A stretch of DNA of 64,000 nt from assembly GCA_951406725.2 (NCBI GenBank), contig OX597823.1:54250001-54314000 (forward strand), read 5' to 3'. This DNA is from Octopus vulgaris (Eukaryota). Made by a program: the position numbers and the translations under genes. The notes under the pieces were generated by a model that saw only the letters and a program-made list of their open reading frames with translations, was not told the origin of the DNA and ran no database searches. Shown piece after piece: positions 36,884 through 47,813 of this stretch (the first letter of the stretch is position 1; each line of letters starts with the position of its first letter).

Positions 36884-37103
36884 TAATATTATAATGGAGG
36901 GGGTGCAGTTTATGGGATTACCCTGGGTTTTTCGCTCATAAGGGAGATAAGCCTTATGGCGTATTTTCAGACCCCAAACGCTGCTGGCCTGAGACCTCTT
37001 CAAAATGAAGAGGTCTTAGGCCAGTGGGGTCTGAAGATACGCCGTAAGATTAAAGCTCTTATAGCGAGAAACCCATAAACCGGCCTCCCCCATTATAATA
37101 TTA
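36884..37103. repeat. 220-bp imperfect inverted repeat (hairpin MITE or structured RNA)
   Basis: Nested arms taatattataatgg...tatggcgtattttcagacccca...ctggcctgagacctcttca-AAA-tgaagaggtcttaggccag-tggggtctgaagatacgccgta...ccattataatatta. Confidence 0.88.
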
Positions 37104-37210
37104 TATATAAATGCATATATATGTGTGCGAGTATAGTCACATGTAAATAAATTAATCTATATCACGTGCTTTATTATGAGCTGAGTGGCATGTGCTTGCT
37201 TTATTATATA

Positions 37211-37554
37211 TTTACCTTCGCTTTAGCGAAAGCAAAGGTATTGTTTTCAGTTGTTTGTTTGTTTGTTGGTTAGTCTGTGGACAGGATATCTCAAGAACCG
37301 CTCTATGGATTCGGATGAAACTTTCAGGGATGTTTGGCCACATGACTGGCACGAATTGATTAGATTTTGAGATCGATCCGGTACCGGGCAAGGATTCTGG
37401 ATTATTTTTCCTGTTTTTTTTTTTTTTTAACTTAAATTTTGAGAGCGGTCGGGTTTGTGAGAACAGTCGAGTTTATTTCAGATATTCTTATTTTAGAAAT
37501 CGTCTCCGTTGGTGTTGACTTGGTGGAGGTTTGCACTCTCCGAGTGCTCTTGTT
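37211..37554 (+). mobile_element. Helentron-associated non-autonomous element (DINE-1/HINE-like)
   Basis: 5' taccttcgc...gcaaaggta inverted repeat, a (GTTT)n tract, a 3' subterminal ggtggaggt and a terminal hairpin gcactc-tcc-gagtgc. Confidence 0.7.
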
Positions 37555-38438
37555 ATAGATATAGAATAGCAAGTAAATATTGACAGAAACTTCACAAAAG
37601 GTAGCTTGTAAACGTGTGTGTGTGTACATACAAATACACACCCGCACACACATACACATACACACATATCGTGGTCTGAAGGTTGTTGGCCGGTCTGTGG
37701 TTATGACTGGTTAAATTGATGAATGTAAATATGTTTATTGGGCTGCGTGTAGAAGTAACTGAACAATATCCAAGAACATTTAACAGAAGATTTTCTTATT
37801 GCACTTAAAAGGCAAACTGTGTTGGCCTTTTACGGATAACAACAATAATAGTTACAAATTAGGAGAGAGATACTGATTGGAGTTAATGGCAAGCTATTGA
37901 TACGGCAACATGCAGTTTGCCCGATATAACTGAAAACAATTGTACTATGTTCGTGACGAAGGAGGTTCTTGGTCTTCTGTCTGAGCCGTCTGTATAGACC
38001 GTCTGGTGTAGCATGAATGGAGACACAGGCCATTCGGCTGCCTCAGTATATTGCAATTAATTACTTCCTTTTATATTGCAATTAATTACAGCCTTTTATA
38101 GGGCACAAAAGAATGTAGAAGTTTAAATCACGTGATTGCTTGCCTAATAGACCGATCTCGTGAAGTTTTGTGGTTCGGTCGTGAGGTCTGACCGGGTGTC
38201 CAGAGATTTGGTTTTGAATCCCTGCTACACATACATACATACATTATCACAAGTTTAACGAACGGTTGCGTGAAACTTTATAGGTGCAGGCGTGGCTGTT
38301 TGATAAGAAGTTTGCCTCCCAACTATATGGTTCTGGGTTCAGTCCCACTGTGTGGCACCTTGAGCAAATGTCTTCCACTATATCCCCAGGTCGACCAAAG
38401 CTTTGTGAGTGGATTTGGTTGATGGAAACTGAAAGAAG

Positions 38439-38477
<39 letters not shown>

Positions 38478-38663
38478 TTTGTGTCTATGCCTGTCCCACT
38501 CCACCGCTTCACGACTGGTGTTGTTTATATCCCCGTAAGCTAGCGATTCGGCAATAGAGACGGATAGAATTAGTACCAGGCTTTAAAAATATGTACTTTA
38601 GTCTAATCGTTCATGCCCTAGCATGGCCGCTGTCTAATGGCTGAAACATAAAATAAGATATAA

Positions 38664-38720
<57 letters not shown>

Positions 38721-38750
38721 TCAAAATAAAAACATGATGCCAAGGATTCA

Positions 38751-38828
38751 GCGGTACATATGTTTCGGGCCTTTATTAGACGGATTTATAACAATGCATA
38801 ATGTGTGTCTATGGCCTTCTTCAGCCGC
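38751..38828 (-). ncRNA. Type-I hammerhead ribozyme in a roughly 225-bp Penelope-type pseudo-LTR (38717-38940) between (TA)n arrays
   Basis: GCGG-CTGAAGA-A-GGCC-(a tagac…gtcta ataaa)-GGCC-C-GAAAC-ATAT-GTA-CCGC. Stem I is GCGG/CCGC, the core is canonical, stem III is the palindrome ACATATGT and the cleavage triplet is GUA. Confidence 0.8.
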
Positions 38829-38958
38829 GCACAATTACTACCTCAAGGACATGTATTACATCAAAAATTCTATGTTGGGGATGCAAATCCTCTCATTCGC
38901 GTACGATATAATGCGGCAACAGCACAAAAATGAAGCGTCCATATATATATATATGCTA

Positions 38959-39175
38959 TTAGCTTAGATTTCCCTTGGGGCTGGCCAGATTGGAGCAATC
39001 TCAAGATTAATCAGCCGAAATTGCGAGGATGATCCGGTTCTTGACTGAAGATAAAAGGCTTCGAATGACCCGTCCGTGTTTTTTTGTATCGTTTATTTGG
39101 ATGTTTTGTTGTCCCTTTTTGTATCACATAGTTGTCCGGATGTTTTGCGTTCTTGTCCCATTTTGTATTTTATTT
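38959..39175 (+). repeat. Unclassified interspersed repeat ending in (TA)n (copies at about 54865-55010 and 55460-56040)
   Basis: Shared gggctggccagattggagcaatctcaag…cttcgaatgac…ggatgttttgttgtccc sequence. Confidence 0.8.
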
Positions 39176-39232
39176 TTTATATATATATAGCGGCGTACGT
39201 ACACTTTGTTCTTTTATATGTATGTATATATA

Positions 39233-39283
<51 letters not shown>

Positions 39284-40285
39284 GTGTGTGTGTGTGTGTA
39301 TGTGTGTGTGTAAGCGGAAAATGTTATCAGCTCTTCTTAAACACTTTGTTTACTGACATCAGCAAGTTATCGTTATCGAAAAATACTTCCAATTAAGTGA
39401 TCAGAGTAAACGGTTTCCACAACGATATGGGCCTTATTTCTTCACCTTTGACCTCTTACTATTGTCTAGTTCTCATTTCCTTTTGTAACTTCTGCTATAA
39501 ATATGTATTGCGTTGTATATGAAGCGGATATGTACTTAAACATACGAGTTCGCGACAAAAGTTCTCGTAAACCAAATGTAAATACGAAATGTACTTTATC
39601 TATTTCTTGTTTCAGTCACTGGACTGCGACCTTTAAAGGCGATGCCCCATTATGCTAGGGCAGTGGTTTAAAGGGTTCCGGTTGAACAATTCGATCCCAG
39701 TGCTTATTTTAAAGTCTAGTTCTTATTCTATCGGTATCTTTTGCTAAGTTACTAGGACGTAAACAAGCCAACACCGGTTGTCAAGCAGTGGGAGTTACGT
39801 ACACAGACACAAAGACATACACACTGAAATATATGTATATATATATATATATATAATACACGCATACATATGTATGGCGCAGGCATATATATATATATTG
39901 TTTCTTCGTATGTCGTAAGAAGCTTGCTTCCCAACCACATGTTTCCAGGTTCACTTCCACTGCGCGGCACTTTGGATAAGTGTCTTCTACTATGGTCACG
40001 GGCCGAACAAAACCTTGTGAATGGATTTGGCAGACGGAAACTGGCCCATCGTATATATATATATATAAAATTGTGTGTGTTTGTGTTTATCCTCTCAGCT
40101 TCGCTTGACAGTTGATGTTGGTGTGTTTATGTCCCCGTAACTTAGCAGTTCAGCAAAAGCGACCGATAAAATAAGTACTTTGCTTACAAAAATAAATCCT
40201 GGGGTCGATTTCTTCGACTTAAAACCCTTTAAGGCGGTGCTCCAGCATGGCCGCAGTTAAATGACTGAAAGAAGTAAAAGAATAA

Positions 40286-40338
<53 letters not shown>

Positions 40339-40649
40339 CGTTTATACATGTATGTATATATACGATGGGCTTCTACACACTTTTCGTCTACCGAATTTAC
40401 TCATCCCGGGAGTGTAGCAGAAGACACTTGCCCAAGGTACCATGCAGAAGGACTAAACCCGAAACCACAAGATTTCTAAGTAAACTTCTTAACGACACCA
40501 CCATACCTGCCAGTATAAAATCCACAGGGCAGTTTGTGTCCGGCAGTCTGTTGATTCAGCTATCCGTCTGGGTGGTGGTGGGTAACATATTTCCTACCTA
40601 TACAACTGCGACCCCATCCAGTTTTGTTTCCTCATAACTTTCTGAAAAT

Positions 40650-42500
40650 GCGAGCAAGTTCAAAGGAATGCTTAAAGGGAGGGGGCATGTGAAGGTGGTG
40701 TTCCGCCCCTCCAAAGAAGTGTTAAAAGATTAGGTAGAGAGAACAACTGTCTACAGAACGTACACGGTGGCAACAAGGAAAATAGAAGTGGTGTCGGAGG
40801 CACAAGACGAAAAGGCGTTAAGGCCAGCCTAGCAGGAGATATCCTACCTTGCCAGGGGACGAAAGTACGGAACGGTGGAGGTGCAGTTTAGGGAGATAGC
40901 TACTGCCAGACTGCATTGAAAACGGACGAAATGGTGCTTCTACCCGTATACCTTGGGAGGCGGACTTCCAGGGTTAGGATAGAAGACATACCACCAGACG
41001 TAAATGTGGTCTGGCTGGTGGCTGCCATACTGCTGGGCATGGAGGAGAAGGTGGTGGTCTTACAGGCCACCAGAACACCCCATAGGAACTGGCAGGGACA
41101 AACCCTTGAAATGGTGGTACAAGTTGCGGAGGAAAACATAGAAAAGATGGTAGAGAACATCACAGTTGGAGAGACAACGTTGAAAGTTAGAGTGGAGGGA
41201 AGGATTCCGCAGTGCTATAAATATGGCCTGAAGGGCCACATTAGAGCGAAATGCCCTTCATCACTAGCAAAGGCTAAAGAGAATGAGAAAGTGGTAGGTG
41301 CTCCGCAGTCCGCGGAGGAAAAGGAAAGCGATATGGCACTACAGATGAAGACAAGTACCAGTATCGAGGAAGAGGAGACAAACGCCAGCTGGGAGATAGC
41401 GGGGAAGAGAAGAAAAAGGAGGACACATGTGGTAGAGGATGACTCTCAACCCACACCCACCCGGCCCCCACCCACCCTACCCCAACTACTCATTTCAGAC
41501 ACCAACCCTCCCCATGTCCTGTCTGACATAAAAAGAAGTACAAACACACAGGAGCCTCAAACTTACTCATCCCCGCCCTGTAAAAATAAATACGTAGTAA
41601 TGTATAATGGACATAATGAAGAACTGTGCGATGAGGTGAACTCGTGGGACGGAGTAATAAAGGTAGATGTAACGGGAGTACGGGGTCTGCCCGAGAACAT
41701 TCTCTACGTGTTGGCGGACCAGGAGTACGTGAGGAGATTACATGGATCTTTTCGGTTTGAACGGCAGTTTTTTCTAGCGGTGTCATATGAAATTGTCACC
41801 CATAATTATGACCCAAGAATCGATCTATTGCATTTCAATCTCTTTTAGGATTAGGGTTAGTTAGGGTTAGGGGTGGGGGGAGGGTATCTTTTTTTCTTCA
41901 CAAATGTAAATAAACCGGATCTTTTCGGTTTGAACGGCACCCATAATTATGACCCTAGTATCGATCTATTGCATTTCAATGTTTTAGGGTTAGGGTTAGG
42001 GGTGGGGGAAGGGTATCTTTTTTCTTCACAAATGTAAATAAACCCCAATTTTTTCAATAAAACCAAGAAAAAAAGATGTTTTATTAACACATTCTACCAG
42101 TATAAGAAGTTTAAAATTTTTTAGTTACCTAGAAATTATGTTAAAAACTGCCGTTCAAACCGAAAATATCCGCGGTTTTTCCTCTTGCTTAATGGAGGGG
42201 CGTCGAGTGAGGAGTTACGAAAGTTTGAATTGTTCTGTTTCGGACGTTGTAAACTGCCCTTCTTCGGACTTTGTGTCGTCTGAGGAAGAAATAGTGGAGT
42301 GTATAAAGCAGATAGACGAAGCAATGGAAGCAAGGAATTATGCTGCAACAACAAAAGAAAAAAGCGAAGATGTGAGGCTTGGGGATGTGAGAGCAAGTTC
42401 AAGGGAATGCTTAAAAGGGAGGGGGATGATGTGAAGATGCTCCCTGCTCCAAAGAAGTTTTAAAGGAAGCAGCAGAAAGAACAATAATGTACCGAACAAC
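40650..42500 (+). mobile_element. Gag/ORF1-like retroelement remnant with zinc knuckle and no pol
   Basis: ORF 40916-41848 contains CYKYGLKGHIRAKC (degenerate CCHC) and a basic KRRKRR patch. About 110 bp of diverged direct repeat at 40651 and 42391. Confidence 0.75.
41743..42172. mobile_element. TIR MITE carrying internal (TTAGGG)n, with partial internal duplication
   Basis: About 30-bp TIRs GGATCTTTTCGGTTTGAACGGCAGTTTTT / AAAAACTGCCGTTCAAACCGAAAATATCC. A second 5'-TIR copy lies at about 41916; TTAGGG runs at about 41845-41880 and 41984-42008. Confidence 0.88.
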
Positions 42501-42560
42501 AACACGAGCACGTGGTACATGTAATGTATTAGCAGACGCTCAAGAGAGGAAAGAAAGATG

Positions 42561-42596
42561 GTTTAACGTTTCGAGCAGACGCTCTTCTTCGGAAAC
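42561..42596 (-). ncRNA. Minimal type-I hammerhead ribozyme motif, CCGANGA core variant
   Basis: GTTT-CCGAAGA-A-GAGC(gtct)GCTC-GAAAC-GTT-AAAC. Stems I and II pair; stem III is a loopless palindrome. Confidence 0.65.
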
Positions 42597-42734
42597 AGAG
42601 GAAAATTCAATAGAAGGGTAGACAGAGGAAGAAAATCGCCAACGATTCACATGTGGTTACATTTTGAAATGATCGGAAGGGAATGGGTGAAGAAAAAGTT
42701 CTTTTTAAGACAGGAGAGTGTAAGAGAAGGAGGT

Positions 42735-43680
42735 ATGTGTGGGTATGTGCGTGCAGGTCTGTGTGTGTCTAATAGCACGTGTGTGTGCGTATGTGTGTGT
42801 TGTGTGTGTATGGTTTTGGCTGTTTATATGTGTGTGTGAGTGAACTTTGTGTCGCTTACTGTTTAGTAGTAGGAGTGGCTGTCTTTTGTGTTGTGTGTTT
42901 CTTCACAAGTGCGTAGGGGAGTGGTCAATATGAAGGTGTTTGACTGGCAGTTTGAAGTATGTGCGCGCGTGTGTATGTACGTGTGTGCGTGTATGTATAT
43001 GTTCTGTGTGTGTTTTGTGTGTAGTGTGTGTGCGGTTGTGTCTGTGGAGTATATGTGCGTTACTCTGTGCATGTGCGTGTGTGCAAATGTCCATGTATGT
43101 GTAATTGTGTGCGTGTATGTATCTGTTGTGTGTGTGGGAGGTATGTGTGAGTTCATATGCCTGTGCGTGTGTGTATGTGTGTACGCGTGAGTGTATGTGC
43201 GTGTGTACATGTGTGTGTATGTGTGTATGAACGAGGGGTTGTGTGTGGTGGTATATGTGCGTTTTTGTGCGTGTATTCGCGTGCGTGTGTGTGTATGTGC
43301 GTGTAGTTGTGCGTGTGTGTGTGTGTGTGTAGGTGTGTGTATGTGTGTGCGCATGTGTGTGTGTTCGTGTGTGTGCGTGCGTGTACGCATGTGTGTGTGT
43401 TCGTGTGTGTGCGTGCGTGTGTACGTATGCGTGTATGTGTATGTATATGTTGTGAGTGTATGTATGTGTGTGCGTGTGTATGTGTGTGTATATGTGCGTT
43501 TGTGTATGCGTATGTACGTGGGGTTATGTGTGGGATTGTCTGTGGAGTATATGTGCGTTCCTTTGTGTGTGTGCGTGCGTGTGTATGTGCGTGTGTATAT
43601 GCCCATGTATGTGTAATTGTGTGAGTATCTGTATGACTGTGTATTGTGTGGGGGGAGGTATGTGTGCGTGTCTGTATTTG
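42735..43680. repeat. About 950-bp degenerate (TG)n-rich complex satellite leading into a SINE 3' half
   Basis: TG/TA/CG mosaic with duplicated blocks (tgtctgtggagtatatgtgcgtt…ccatgtatgtgtaattgtgtg). Confidence 0.9.
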
Positions 43681-43891
43681 TTCCCCCACCATCGCTTGAC
43701 AACCGACGTTGCTGTGTTTACGACCCCCAAACTTAGTGGTTCGGCAAAAAAAAAAAAAAAAAGAATAAATATTAGGCTTTCAAACAACAATTCCTGAGGT
43801 CAATTTGCTCAAGTAAAGGTGGTGCTCCAGCATGGCCGCAGTCAAATGACTAAAGCAAGTAAAGGAACGAGGCTTTTCAAGTTGTGTAAAC

Positions 43892-44431
43892 CAGTGCTAC
43901 ACAAAGTGGTGGTTGGCGGACCGGTGCCGGTCCGCAGCGAGTTTCCTGAAAAGAAAGAAACATTTTAAAATGCTAATGAAATATTATATTATTAGTTTAC
44001 AAAATAAGTATAAGATAAAGAAATTGTCAACTTTTATTATATTCATTATATATATTGTTTCCGGTATAAATTAATATTACTAAGAAATATTTTGGATGCG
44101 CACGGCTTAGTAGTTAGGGTGTCAGCATCATGATCGTAAGATTGTGGTTTCGATTCCAGGACCGGGCGATGCGTTGTGTTCTTGAGCAAAACACTTTGTT
44201 TTACGTTGCTCCTGTCCACTCAGCTGGCAAAAATGAGAAACGCTGCGATGGACTGGCGTCCCGTCCAGCTGGGGAAAACATACGCCATTGAAACCGGGAA
44301 ACCGGGCCCATGAGCCTGGCTAGGCTTTAAAAGGGCGCATTTATTTATTTTTTACTAAGAAATATTACCGGTCCCTGGCACAATGGAAAAAAAAATCCGG
44401 TACGCCACATCAGATAGTTTGAGAATCACTG
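43892..44431. mobile_element. hAT-like MITE with nested SINE
   Basis: CAGTG…caaa / tttgagaatCACTG termini and a degenerate 8-bp TSD (gtgtaaac/ctgtagat). Confidence 0.7.
44092..44351 (+). mobile_element. tRNA-derived SINE (third family), full length
   Basis: A/B boxes (GGCTTAGTAGTTAGG, GGTTTCGATTCC), a (TTTA)n tail and a perfect 15-bp TSD TTACTAAGAAATATT (44077-44091, 44352-44366). Confidence 0.92.
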
Positions 44432-46131
44432 CTGTAGATTATCATTATATCGGAATTTAAAGCGAAAAAGGAAACAAGAAGAAAGATTGATGGGTGCCCA
44501 CAAATTCATACTTATGCGCATATAATTTTATCAAGATTTCAAGTTTCATTTTGTAGATATGTATGTGATGGTTCTCAATATGTATGTGTGCGCACCTGCC
44601 GATATTTTACTTGTTTCAGTCATTAGACTGCAGCCATGCTGGGGCACCGCTTTGAAGAATTTTTAGTCGAACAAATCGACTTCAGTACTTATTTTTTAAA
44701 AGCCTGGAACTTATTCTATCGGTGTCTTTTGCCGAACCGCTAATTTACGGGGACGTAAATACACTAACACTGATTATCAAGCGCACGCACGCACATACAC
44801 ACACACACCACTGTCACTATCATTACCACCACCACCACCACCATCAAAATCGTCTTCATCATCGTCAACATGCCACCCCCTGCGCCTCCACTTCCACCGC
44901 CACCACCTCTATCATCACCACCACCACTACCACCCGTCATGGTCACCAATGCCATCAAACTCTTTTTACGGTCTTTATTTGCGTTCATGAATGGGTGTTT
45001 CTAGTCTGATCAGGTTTGTTGAAAATGTATCGAATATGTATGTTGATTTAGTTGCTGATGTCATAATTTAGTCAGTCTCGCCAGTCCCTATTGAGTAGCA
45101 ATGTGATTAAATATATACTAGACATGATCATTTCGTCCTTTTGTATTCTTGGGCAGAGGCGTAGTCAGTTTAGGAAGAGCGAGCACATAAAAAAAAGCGC
45201 TGAGACACGTCAAACAATTTTAAAATTATTTCTCTTATATTACGCGAAATATTTCATTAGTTATAAAAAACATTATTGTATTCTACATTCATTAATTTCC
45301 GTCTCATTAACATTGTTATTATGTATGAAAATTACAACTAATGATATAGCTAATTAAAGAGTTTTAAAACATTGTTGAAATGCTGCCAACTTTGAAAAAT
45401 GTGCTGGTAGGGAGCAGCTACCCCACTTTGTTTCCCTATTAGCTAAGTCACTGTACTTGGCACCCTAATGTTCCATGTGTCACTGGTTTTCGATGACGGT
45501 AGAGTGTTGAGTGAAGCGATATGTGGTTATGATTTCAATTTCGGGCAGGTATAAGGGCATTTTCGTTGGTCCATATCAGAATAGGTAAAGTATAGTTGAC
45601 GAGCTGGCAGAAACGTTGGCACGCCGGGCGAAATGCTTAGCCGTATTTCGTCTGGCGAGGTCGACTTTGCCGAGGTCGAAAGGATGGATCCTTTCGGGGT
45701 CGATAAATTAAGTACCAGTTACGCACTGGGATCGATGTAATCGACTTAATCCCTTTGTCTGTCCTTGTTTGTCCTCTTTGTGTTTAGACCCTTGTGGGTA
45801 GGATGAAAAAAAGTATAGTTCTTAAGCGAGTTCATGGTCGAGCGATATACACCACAGTTCAGAGAAATAGGATCGCCTGAAGGTTCCGAGTGCAATGTCC
45901 ACTAAAGGTGGAATTTAAAAAGGGGGGAAAACCCAGCAGAAAACCGAGGGATCATGACCTAGGTGAGCCCAGTTCCCTTGGAGTGTCAGGAACTAACACT
46001 TACTTGAAACACTTGCTTGACTGAAGTTCTCCCTATGAAAATGGCAGAAGTGTACCATGGAGGCAAAGCCACAGTTTGGTCTTTGTCGGACCATCAGGAG
46101 CACGTGCTACTCGATCCTAAGCAGATGTATG

Positions 46132-46164
<33 letters not shown>

Positions 46165-46301
46165 CGGATTTGTTTCCGTTTCCGTCTACCAAAAATCCTC
46201 TCTTTAGTTGGTCCGAGGCTATAATAGAAGATACTCGCCAAAGGTGCCACGCAGTGAGGCTGAACCAAGCGGTTGGGAAGCAAGCTTCTTACCACAGAGC
46301 T

Positions 46302-46334
<33 letters not shown>

Positions 46335-46338
46335 AACA

Positions 46339-46381
<43 letters not shown>

Positions 46382-46519
46382 GCACGCACACACAGAGTGG
46401 CTGTTCGGACTAAATTTGACTGTTTGCTTAAACGGAAAAGAAAATACAATATCCCATCCAAAAATAAAGGTAATTGAAAAAATCAAAAAATACCAATTAG
46501 GTTATGGTTAGCAGATTAT

Positions 46520-46940
46520 TGATAGTAAACTGTTAGCTTCCACAACGGTCTCAAGATAGCAGCGAAACATGACCGATAAGTTCCTCACTGTGTCCTTGAG
46601 GTCTTCGAAGATCTCCTTGATTTTGGCCACTAGCTCGGTCTTGGTATGGAAAGTAGAGGGGTTGGTGTCTTTTTTCAACCGCGCTTACACATAGTAATCC
46701 ACTGGAATACAATCCAGGGAATTAGGAAGTCAGAAATTGTGGCTGGTAAAGTAGAAATTCTCCGAAAACCACTCCTGGCTCTTGCCGGAGGTGTGACAGG
46801 GAATCGAATCCTGCTGCCACACATATGACCTTCCAGTAGCCACTAACCCTAACCCTAATCCCCCAACCCACCAGTAAGGATTCGACCATATTCTCCAGCA
46901 GCTTCACATAGCCGTCTGAATTGAACTTAAGGCCCTAATC
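46520..46940 (-). pseudogene. Tc1/mariner transposase C-terminal remnant (related fragment at about 51625-51680)
   Basis: GLKFNSDGYVKLLENMVE…GRSYVWQQDSIP(C)HTSGKSQEWFSENF…PNSLDCIPVDYYV. Confidence 0.8.
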
Positions 46941-47415
46941 CTGTAGTTGTTAGATGAATTCCGGCGTTCAGACACAGACGGAAGACTTACTGTGTTCCTT
47001 CATCTGGTCACGGCTTCGTATCTCCGCTGCAACTGTCCATGTCACGTCCTAAGGATTTTACAGTAGTGGTTCTTAATTTTCTTAATCCGGGCCAGATCCA
47101 AAACCTAGATTTTTTTAGGGGCCCGCGCCAAAAAGAAAAACCAAAACAAAAGTAAAACACGAGTCAACTAAAGAAAGAATTATTATATTCATAGAGGGAA
47201 GACTGTCGGGGTCCGCCGGAAGGATGCATGAGGGCCGCATGCGACCCTGAGTACCTTAGTTTAGAACTGCAGCTTACAGTGTTTACAGAGCATTGAGCTG
47301 TAACAATGATGTTGACATTTTAGATTCCTGGTGCAAATCATCATGATACAGGTAACTCTTTCCCAATATTTAGATGGCTTGCAATCTTCTCAGCTAACCT
47401 TTTCTCAACTATAAC

Positions 47416-47813
47416 TTGGCAGAAAAGTTAGCACGCCGGACGAAATGCTTACCGGTATTTCGTCTTCCGTTACGTTCTGAGTTCAAATTCCGCCGACGTC
47501 AACTTTGCCTTTCATCCTTTCGAGGTCGATTAAATAAGTACCAGTTACACACTGGGGTCGATGTAATCGACTTAATCCGTTTGTCTGTCCTTGTTTGTGC
47601 CCTCTGCGTTTAGCTCCTTGTGGGTAGTAAAGAAATAGGTATTTCGACAGCCGCTACGTTCTGAGTTCAAATTCCGCCGAGGTCGACTTTGCCTTTCATT
47701 CTTTTCGGGGTCGATTAAATAAGTACCAGTTACGCACTGGAGTCGATGTAATCGACTTAATCCCTTTGTTTGTCTCATCTATGTTTATCCCCCTGTGGGC
47801 AATAAAGAAATAA
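47416..47813 (+). mobile_element. Two tandem Nin-domain-like SINEs (others at about 8410-8628, 45600-45800, 49450-49650, 62330-62810)
   Basis: Head tggcagaa..gttagcacgccgg, B-box gagttcaaattcc and a Nin-like core. Confidence 0.88.

Noticed and set aside
38970-39075. ggctg…cagccGAAA and CTGAAGA…GAAT motifs in the 38959 repeat family
   Set aside because: Core nucleotides are not conserved across the three copies.
41845-42008. Telomere or chromosome-fusion scar
   Set aside because: The repeats are short, face one direction and lie inside a TIR element.
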